Shown here: in pieces, positions 21,751-28,311 of the stretch | Numbering within the stretch: position 1 is the stretch's first letter | Layout: each line of letters begins with the position of its first letter | Assembly (NCBI GenBank): GCA_031458695.1 | Contig: JAVKJW010000027.1 | Location: 1-28,311 of the forward strand | Origin: Candidatus Thermofontivivens primus | GTDB taxonomy: Bacteria > Sysuimicrobiota > Sysuimicrobiia > Sysuimicrobiales > Thermofontiviventaceae | DNA length: 28,311 nucleotides | Direction: 5' to 3' | Translations under genes and position numbers: made by a program | The notes under the pieces: model-generated | The model's database searches: none | What the model was told of the DNA's origin: nothing | What the model saw: only the letters and a program-made list of their open reading frames with translations

Positions 21751-22305
21751 ATGCCCAAGATCCTGATCCCAAACCCAGCGCTCGTGGTCCTGTGCGGACC
21801 AGCAGGAAGCGGGAAGAGCACCTTTGCGAGGCGGTTCTTTCCCGAAACAGCCATCGTCTCCTCCGACAGGTGCCGTGCCCTCCTCGGTGACGATGAGGCG
21901 AATCTTGCCGTCTCCCGGGAGGCCTTTGAGCTGTTCCACTACCTCATTGAGAAGCGTCTCAGCCTGGGACGCCTCACAGTTGCGGACAGCACTGCTCTCC
22001 GCCGTCAAGCGCGGCGCACCCTCCTGGAGATTGGAAGGCGGCACAACGTCCCGGTCATCTTGATTGTGTTTGATATTCCTGAAGAGGTGTGTTACAGCCA
22101 CGATCTCATGAGGTCCCGGCGGGTGGGTCGTCCTGTGATCGCCCGCCAGGTCCAGATGCTCCAGGAGGCCCTCCGGTCCATCCCTGAGGAGGGCTTCGAT
22201 CAGGTGATCATCCTGGGAGAGGAGGAGCTGAGGCGAACCACAGTGGAAATCCAAAAAGTGGAGCGGCATCTGCGCTCGCCGCAACCCTCAGAGAAGACCG
22301 TGTGA
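21751..22305 (+). CDS. Stand-alone P-loop kinase (AAA_33) homologous to the bacterial Pnkp kinase module
   Basis: IPNPALVVLCGPAGSGKSTFA, VSSD.CR.LLGDDE and KRLSLGRLTVADST closely follow the N-terminal 5'-kinase domain of Pnkp. No phosphatase or ligase domain. Confidence 0.85.
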   Translation: MPKILIPNPALVVLCGPAGSGKSTFARRFFPETAIVSSDRCRALLGDDEANLAVSREAFELFHYLIEKRLSLGRLTVADSTALRRQARRTLLEIGRRHNVPVILIVFDIPEEVCYSHDLMRSRRVGRPVIARQVQMLQEALRSIPEEGFDQVIILGEEELRRTTVEIQKVERHLRSPQPSEKTV

Positions 22306-22416
22306 TTGAGGTATGGCAAAGTCGTCAAGAGAGCTCGCGCAGATGGGCAAGTGCCAGGTGACAAGGTCAAGTTGAGCGATGACAAGGTGAAGGAGCGAGA
22401 GAAGGAGGTGAGGATC

Positions 22417-23283
22417 GTGGAGATCAAACGCGTCGGCGTGGCAGGATGCGGTCTCATGGGCTCGGGGATCGCCGAGGTTTGTGCCCGGGCAGGGTACGAA
22501 GTGGTCGTTCGCGAGATCAACGAGGAACTGTTAAGGGCTGGACTCCAGCGCATCGATGCTTCCATGCGCAAGGCAGTCGAGCGAGGGAAGCTTGAGGCGA
22601 AGGAGGCAGACCAGGCGAAGGCCCGCATTACGGGGACAGTGGACCTAGACCTCTTCTCGCACGTGGACCTCGTCATCGAAGCCATTGTAGAGAACATGGA
22701 AGAGAAAAAGAAGCTCTTCCGGGAACTCGACAGGATCTGTCCCGCTCATGCAATCTTCGCCAGCAACACCTCCTCCCTCTCCATCACGGAGATGGCGTCA
22801 GTCACACGGCGTCCAGAGAAGTTCGTGGGGATGCATTTCTTCAATCCCCCTCCGGTGATGAAACTGGTAGAGGTCGTGCGGGGGTATCTCACCAGTGAAG
22901 AGACGATTGCTACGGCGAAGGCGTTTGCAGAGTCCCTGGGGAAGACCGTCGTGGTGACCAAGGACCGGCCAGGATTCATCGTGAACCTGCTGCTGGTCCC
23001 TTATCTTCTAGATGCGATTAGGGCTCTGGAGCTTGGCGTGGCTACCAAGGAGGAGATCGATACGGCCGTGACACTTGGGCTGGGGCATCCCATGGGCCCG
23101 TTCACCCTCCTGGACTTTGTCGGCCTCGATACTACCTACTACATCGCTGAGGCGATGTACCAAGAGTTCAAAGATCCCCGGTTCGCCGCACCTCCTCTCC
23201 TCAAACAGATGGTCCTCGCAGGGCATCTCGGGAGGAAGTCCGGGAAGGGGTTTTATGACTACACGGCAGGAGGAAGTGGATGA
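22417..23283 (+). CDS. hbd: 3-hydroxybutyryl-CoA dehydrogenase
   Basis: GCGLMGSG Rossmann motif, IEAIVEN, ASNTSS, GMHFFNP, HPMGP and GRKSGKGFY. GTG 22417 follows RBS AAGGAGGTG. Confidence 0.93.
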   Translation: MEIKRVGVAGCGLMGSGIAEVCARAGYEVVVREINEELLRAGLQRIDASMRKAVERGKLEAKEADQAKARITGTVDLDLFSHVDLVIEAIVENMEEKKKLFRELDRICPAHAIFASNTSSLSITEMASVTRRPEKFVGMHFFNPPPVMKLVEVVRGYLTSEETIATAKAFAESLGKTVVVTKDRPGFIVNLLLVPYLLDAIRALELGVATKEEIDTAVTLGLGHPMGPFTLLDFVGLDTTYYIAEAMYQEFKDPRFAAPPLLKQMVLAGHLGRKSGKGFYDYTAGGSG

Positions 23284-23639
23284 GGGCATTCTGGCTGATC
23301 CTCCTTGCAGCATTCATGGGCTCCCTGGCGCAGCTCCTCCTGAAGCTTGGGTCGAGCCGGCTGGGGCCCTCGACGACCTCCATCAATCTGGTGATCCTCT
23401 GGAAAATCGCCACGAACGGTCCCATCCTTCTAGGCCTCGGACTCTACGCCTTGGCCTCTGTGGTGTGGATCGTGGTGCTCACCAGGGCGGAGTTGAGCTT
23501 CGCCTACCCTATGCTCGCCCTGACCTACGTCCTCGTCACCGTTGGGTCGTGGGCCTTCTTCCGGGAGCCGGTCATCGGCCTCAGGGTTATTGGCATGGTC
23601 CTGGTCGTGATTGGGGTGATCCTCATCGGGAGGACGTAA
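23280..23639 (+). CDS. Small 4-TM DMT/SMR-family protein (ArnE/ArnF-like flippase subunit)
   Basis: 119 aa, hydrophobic, with AQLLLKLG, ELSFAYP and FFREPV...G motifs. Confidence 0.85.
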   Translation: MRAFWLILLAAFMGSLAQLLLKLGSSRLGPSTTSINLVILWKIATNGPILLGLGLYALASVVWIVVLTRAELSFAYPMLALTYVLVTVGSWAFFREPVIGLRVIGMVLVVIGVILIGRT

Positions 23640-23769
23640 CGATCCTTACAAACTGGTCTACCTGGTTCTCCCACGAAACCCGCTCTCCCCCCTTGTGCCA
23701 CACAAGCGTTTTGGGTTTCCCGGTTAGAGGTGCCGAGAGCCTTGCCGGGAAAATCGGGTCCTCGCCTGA

Positions 23770-23799
23770 TGTACACAGGAATGGTCCATTCCGTATATT
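23770..23799 (+). promoter_or_regulatory. Possible promoter with overlapping operator palindrome
   Basis: TGTACA (23770-23775) and TATATT (23794-23799), with the palindrome GGAATGG-T-CCATTCC (23778-23792) filling the spacer. Confidence 0.4.
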
Positions 23800-23896
23800 G
23801 GGTCTGGATCCTCCCTCTCTGGTAAGACGTGGGCCACCCTCTTGTTGGCCAGAGAGGGAATGGCCTCATCGTGGATCCAGGGAGGGGAGGAAAGAC

Positions 23897-25217
23897 ATGC
23901 ACTCCATCCGCAATGGTGCCACCCTGCTGGCCATTGCCCTTGGCATAAGCATCCTGCTGAACCCAGCTCCCCCGGCCCAGGCGCAGTACGAAGACCTCAT
24001 CGCCCGCGTCAAGCCGGCGGTCGTCCTGGTCCAGGTCAAGCACATCCTTGGAGGGGCAGGACACGGCTCGGGGTTTTTCTACAACCCTTCCGGTTTCATC
24101 CTCACCAACCAGCACGTGGTCGCCGGGGCAAAGAGCATCACCGTGGTCCTCTCAGACGGCAGGTCGTTGCCGGCAACGGTCGTCGATTACATCCGGTACA
24201 TCGACTACGCCTGCCCACCGCGCGTGGAGAGGTGGATTGACGCAGCGGTCCTGAAGGTGGAAGGGGAAGGTTTTCCCACGATTCCCATGGGGGACTCGGG
24301 GACCTTGCGCCAGGGCCAGGAGATCCTCGTGCTGGGATTCCCTGGTGGTGTCGGGACAGAAGAGGTGAGTGTCACGCGCGGGATCGTAGGCGCTGTCAGG
24401 ACTGGCTGGTTCCAGACCGACGCGACGATGCTCCCGGGGAACAGCGGGGGGGCCGGTGGTGGACAGGGAGGGAAGGGTGGTTGGCCTCGCCACTTTCGGC
24501 ACCGGCCAGTTCTTCAAGATCGGGGGAGTCGTGGCGATCAACAGCGTCCGGCGTATGGCCGATGCGGCGCTGACCCCGGGTGCGCAGAGGGCGCAGGAAT
24601 TCCGTGTCACAGGTTCTGAGTATATAGGACCACTTGTGGTCGGGCGGAAGCGCGTGATGCGACATACCTACGATCCAGGAACCACCGGGAATAAACGAGG
24701 GGTCTTGGAATACACTACCGAGATCATCCAAGTCGTCAACCTGGCAGGGGCGGTTCTGTATACTTACAAAGATAGCGATGGGGAGGAATTCCAGAACTTC
24801 CTCGATGCAGACGGACTCTTCCGCGTGGCCGACTCAAGGAAGTCCTGGAAGACCAACTACCCCGAGCCACGGGTGTTGTTTACCTTCCCGACATGTGAGG
24901 GGATAGGCTGGAAGAACCAATGGTTCCAGCAGAATCTCTCTAACGGCGCGATCTTCCGGATCACAGAGACCTCCAGGCTGCGGAACACAAGCGAGCAGGT
25001 TTCCGTTCCAGCGGGAGAGTTCTCCCAGCTCTTGAAGGAGGAAGCGAGTTTTGAGATCGTCGATACCAAGGGAAACCAAGTTGTCTGGCAATCCGCCTCT
25101 ACAAACTGGTTTGCGCCTGGCAACTGGGTTGTACGATCCCTGGAGGAGAGGCCCGCGACAAAGGAGCGGTGGCTCTATGAGCTTATCTCCGATACAGCCC
25201 CGCCCGCCTCAAAGTGA
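23897..25217 (+). pseudogene. Secreted trypsin-like (S1C) serine protease with a C-terminal DUF3108-like beta domain; +1 frameshift in the G7 run at 24446-24452
   Basis: Signal peptide ending AQA and catalytic triad TNQHVV / DAAVLK / GNSGG. Removing one G restores GNSGGPVVDREGRVVGL and joins the two ORFs into 439 aa. The C-terminus has VSVPAGEF...WFAPG. Confidence 0.85.
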
Positions 25218-25225
25218 GTCAAGGC

Positions 25226-26809
25226 CTACGGGAAGTTCTTGACCAGGACTTCGCTAGCGGGTAGCTTGGCGAGCACCACCGCCTTCGGAGAGGGAAGGCG
25301 CAGAAGTGCATCCTCCGGAATCATGGCGAGGACCGGTTCGGTGCGCCAGGCTTTCCTGAGTTCCTCTTCCCCCACGAAATCCACCGGCCTCTCGATGTAA
25401 TATTCCGGGAAGGGATTGTGAGGGCCAAGGACCAGAACTTTGGCCACACCCCCCTTCTGGCTATTCACCATCTTCGCCACCTGGCGCCAGGGGGAGATCC
25501 TATCCCAGGAACGGTACACGGAAGTGATCAGCAGAGTATAGGAGAACAGGGTCAAAACGACCAGAAGAAGGAGGCCCGTGCGGGCGCGGCCCCAGAAAGC
25601 AGCCAGAGGATAGATGAGGAGACCCATCAGGAAAACAGGGAGAAAGGGGAAGAGAATCGGGAGGTAACGGCCTGCCTCCCCGGAGAGGCCCCGGAGAAGG
25701 ACCCACGCCATCACCGTTCCTCCAGTGCCAGCGGCGAGCAAGGAGGCCCACGTTGACTGCCTATCCCATCGTGCATCCCCGACGACGTGACTGAGGAGCA
25801 CCGCGAGAGGGGGGAAGATAGGGAGGAGGTAGCGGATCACCTTGTCCCCAGGCGAGAGGGAGAGGAAGCCCAATGTCCCAACGACCCACAGCATACAGAA
25901 CCAAAGCCCCTCGGGCCCTCTGCGTCTTGCCTCCCAACCTTCTTTCAAAGCAGGCCAGAGCCACCCTGTCCATGGGAGAACCCCTGCCAGGAGGAGCGGG
26001 ATGTAGGCAAATAGGCCGATCCACCAGGGGGTCTTTATGGAAGCCGATAGGACAGGACGGAAGAACCGCCCGACGCCAAGAGTCCCGCCGAGGAAGAAAG
26101 TATCCACAAAGGGCCACCCCTCACGGAAGGCACCAAGGATAAACCAGGGAGCGGAGGTCGCAAAGAAGGCGAGGAACCCGATCGTTGTCCCGACAAGAGC
26201 CTTTCGGGGGAATGTTGGCCGGTCGAGGAGAAGGTGAAGACCTAGGATCACGAGCGGGATCGCAAGCCCAATGAGCCCCTTCGAGAGGACGGCAAGGGCA
26301 GCGGAGATTCCTGAGAGGATCACCGCCAGGAGCCCGCCTTCCTTCTCCCACCGAAGGTACCAGTAGAAGGTCAAAGTGACAAACAGCGTCAGGGGGACGT
26401 CTTGCTGGGGGACGAGGCTCTGGTAGAAGAACTGGATGGAAGCAAGGAGAATCGGAGCGCTGAGGAAGGCCTTCCGGGGCGGGAGGACGATGCGGGCGAG
26501 GAAATAGGTAGAAGCTACGGTGCCCAGCGCCAGCAGGATGTGCCAGAGGCGCAACGCTGCCTCAGAGATCCCGAAGAACTTGAACGAGAGGGCGATGAGC
26601 CAAAGGGTGAGAGGTGGTTTATCCACGATCCACTCCTCTCGGTAGCGGGGGATCAGCCAATCCCCGGAGGAGAGGATGTTTTTCGCGATTTTGCCATAGA
26701 GGGCGGTGTCCCCATCGGTGATGGGGAGGGAGATCCCTCCGAAGAGGATCAAGGACCCTGCAAGAAGGAGCCAGGAGATCCAGCGGCGGCTTGCGTTGCT
26801 TGCGTTCAT
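25226..26809 (-). CDS. ArnT/PMT-family (GT-C) multi-TM glycosyltransferase
   Basis: DGD..Y..IAKNIL.SGDWL.P, DKPPL..W, D.PL, LSKGLIG, PWF, LPW and K..RYLLP motifs; many TM helices. Confidence 0.92.
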   Translation of the reverse strand: MNASNASRRWISWLLLAGSLILFGGISLPITDGDTALYGKIAKNILSSGDWLIPRYREEWIVDKPPLTLWLIALSFKFFGISEAALRLWHILLALGTVASTYFLARIVLPPRKAFLSAPILLASIQFFYQSLVPQQDVPLTLFVTLTFYWYLRWEKEGGLLAVILSGISAALAVLSKGLIGLAIPLVILGLHLLLDRPTFPRKALVGTTIGFLAFFATSAPWFILGAFREGWPFVDTFFLGGTLGVGRFFRPVLSASIKTPWWIGLFAYIPLLLAGVLPWTGWLWPALKEGWEARRRGPEGLWFCMLWVVGTLGFLSLSPGDKVIRYLLPIFPPLAVLLSHVVGDARWDRQSTWASLLAAGTGGTVMAWVLLRGLSGEAGRYLPILFPFLPVFLMGLLIYPLAAFWGRARTGLLLLVVLTLFSYTLLITSVYRSWDRISPWRQVAKMVNSQKGGVAKVLVLGPHNPFPEYYIERPVDFVGEEELRKAWRTEPVLAMIPEDALLRLPSPKAVVLAKLPASEVLVKNFP

Positions 26810-26853
26810 TGCGTTGATCGGGTTTATTGCGTGTATCGGGATCTTTGCTCCAT
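26791..26853. repeat. Degenerate 9-bp tandem repeat (7 units) spanning the GT-C start codon
   Basis: ttgcgttgc|ttgcgttca|ttgcgttga|tcgggttta|ttgcgtgta|tcgggatct|ttgctccat. Confidence 0.6.
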
Positions 26854-26869
26854 CGCATTGAGTGGAGGG

Positions 26870-27349
26870 TCAGGAGAGGATGGGCTTGAAATAGCGGATA
26901 TCTGTGACGGCCCCACGGCGTTCAGCGGGAGGAGCGAGAACTCCCTCGACAGCCATGCCGATATATACGGCCTCGGGAGAGACTGCGACACGCCCGAGGA
27001 TGCCTCCTTCAGTTCCGTCGATACGGATATAGGCGATGACCTCAAGGCTCTGGGACGGCTCTCCTGTGGCACGCACGGGCACCACCGTATAGGTATGGAT
27101 CACTCCTTGGAGGGGGACCTCCACCCAGGACTCAGAGAGGTCGGCAAAGCACCTCTGGCAGTAGATCCGGGGCGGGAGATACGTCACCCCGCACCTCTGG
27201 CAGCGTGTGGCGGCCAGCATCCCGCGTTCCCGGAGTGTCTTTGCAAAGCGCTCTCCTGCTACACCTGTGGTGTACAGGTACTCTACCGGAAAATCCGCCC
27301 GCCAGCTCTGGACCTGATCCATCCTCGTAGGCTTTTCGCGAATTCCCAT
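26870..27349 (-). CDS. DUF35 family Zn-ribbon/OB-fold protein
   Basis: RCQRCG.TYLPPRIYCQRC Zn ribbon, G.IHTYT and IGMAVE. ATG 27349 follows GGAG; GTG 27358 is an alternative start. Confidence 0.92.
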   Translation of the reverse strand: MGIREKPTRMDQVQSWRADFPVEYLYTTGVAGERFAKTLRERGMLAATRCQRCGVTYLPPRIYCQRCFADLSESWVEVPLQGVIHTYTVVPVRATGEPSQSLEVIAYIRIDGTEGGILGRVAVSPEAVYIGMAVEGVLAPPAERRGAVTDIRYFKPILS

Positions 27350-27354
27350 GGCGC

Positions 27355-27939
27355 TCACTCCAGAGGCTGGAAGTAAAGGATGTCGGTGATGGCACCGACC
27401 CGCTCTGCTGGGGATTTCCACACCGCCTGGACCCGCATGCCCACACGTACCCGGCGCCGGATCGCCTCGACATCCTTCTCCCCGATGCCCCCAAGGAGGT
27501 GCAGGAACCCCACCCTGGGGTGCGTTCCGTCAATCTCAATGACGGCTGGGATTTGGGGGATCTCTAGGGGTTTCATGTCCCAGGTAACGTAGCAAATAGA
27601 GAAGGTGTTGACGGTGCCTGTGTCCTTGAGTTCCACCCATTCGTCCACTGGCCGGAAACACCACTCGCAGAACGCGCGAGGGGGCGTTACTGTCCGGCCG
27701 CAGGAATGGCAACGCACCCCCAAGATCTTCCCCTCTTTGAGCCCGAGGAGGAACCTGCTGATGGCAACTCCGCTGTCCCAGCGGTACTCCAGGTGGGGTT
27801 TCCAGGCGATCAGGCTCACCTTTCCCTCCCGGATGTCCTGGTCCTTCAAAGGAGTCCCGCGTGGACGCTCAGGTATCTCCCGCATCACCCGGCCAACATC
27901 GTGAGGATTTTGACGGGAACTTTCCCGCTTCCTCGCCAT
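27355..27939 (-). CDS. DUF35 family Zn-ribbon/OB-fold protein
   Basis: RCHSCG.TVTPPRAFCEWC, GTVNTFS, VGMRVQAVW and R.GAITDI.YF. ATG 27939 follows GGAGG. Confidence 0.92.
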   Translation of the reverse strand: MARKRESSRQNPHDVGRVMREIPERPRGTPLKDQDIREGKVSLIAWKPHLEYRWDSGVAISRFLLGLKEGKILGVRCHSCGRTVTPPRAFCEWCFRPVDEWVELKDTGTVNTFSICYVTWDMKPLEIPQIPAVIEIDGTHPRVGFLHLLGGIGEKDVEAIRRRVRVGMRVQAVWKSPAERVGAITDILYFQPLE

Positions 27940-27969
27940 GCGTTCCCTCCCGCCTTTCCCGTTTCCTCC

Positions 27970-27997
27970 CTGTTCCCTGTCACTGGTCACCTGTCCC
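27970..27997. repeat. Degenerate 7-bp tandem repeat (4 units)
   Basis: ctgttcc|ctgtcac|tggtcac|ctgtccc, in the gap between the thiolase-like gene and the DUF35 gene. Confidence 0.45.
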
Positions 27998-28311
27998 TAC
28001 CTTCCCAGGACCACCACCGTACCGATCTGCATCAAATCCCCCCATGCCTGGGCCAGCCCCTTCTTTGGATTCCCTGGCACCTGTCGCTTCCCTGCCTCCC
28101 CGCGGAGCTGCCAGAAGATCTCGCAGACCTTCATCAGGCCAGCGGCGGCGATGGGGTTCCCCACGCCCATGAGGCCCCCTGATGGGCAGCTCGGCAGTTC
28201 ACCATCTCTGTCAAACCTTCCATTGACCAGATCCTCCGCGGCCTTCCCCCTCTCCGCAAGGAGGAGTCCTTCCAAGTGGTGGAGCTCTTTGTAAGCGAAG
28301 GGGTCATAGGG
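27997..28311 (-). CDS. Thiolase-like (SCP2/nsLTP-type) protein, C-terminal part; truncated by the window edge
   Basis: PYDPFAYKELHHLEGL...PSGGLMGVGNPIAAAG...QLRGEAGKRQV...GLAQAWG. Lies directly upstream of two DUF35 genes. Confidence 0.88.
   Translation of the reverse strand, partial: PYDPFAYKELHHLEGLLLAERGKAAEDLVNGRFDRDGELPSCPSGGLMGVGNPIAAAGLMKVCEIFWQLRGEAGKRQVPGNPKKGLAQAWGDLMQIGTVVVLGR

Noticed and set aside
23075..23896. 514-aa ORF 23075..24619 as one protein
   Set aside because: The 5' part overlaps hbd and the SMR gene in another frame. The real start is ATG 23897, with an RBS and a signal peptide.
26791..27997. Short repeats as a CRISPR array
   Set aside because: Units are 7-9 bp, tandem, without spacers, and no cas genes are present.

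Overview
Bacterial chromosomal window, mostly about 60-65% GC by hand counts of sample lines. It probably comes from a diderm Terrabacteria-type lineage: it has a secretin, and its gene order mixes Firmicutes and Actinobacteria patterns. An Armatimonadota/CSP1-3-like identity is only an inference. From left to right: (1) a lower-GC minor-pilin region (partial PilW-like gene and a PilX-like gene with Ca-binding-like repeats), then pilM-pilN-pilO-(Pro-rich PilP/PilW-like)-pilQ; (2) a long housekeeping run: Xaa-Pro peptidase, efp, nusB, acyP, ispA, tlyA, nadK, recN, pyrG, ilvE, nudF, xerD, deoB, punA, pdp; (3) a more accessory right end: a stand-alone Pnkp-type kinase, hbd, an SMR/ArnE-like transporter, a secreted trypsin-like protease frameshifted in a G7 run just after its catalytic Ser, an ArnT-like GT-C glycosyltransferase, two DUF35 Zn-ribbon/OB-fold genes and a non-canonical thiolase-like gene (partial). 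No rRNA, tRNA, CRISPR array or transposase was seen. Best leads: an ~85-nt candidate sRNA or attenuator with its own perfect extended -10 promoter and terminator between efp and nusB; the frameshifted modular protease with a highly structured 5' leader; an EF-P with a KRGRG loop; a structured spacer before the Pnkp-type kinase; and the thiolase-like/2xDUF35 module with altered catalytic motifs.
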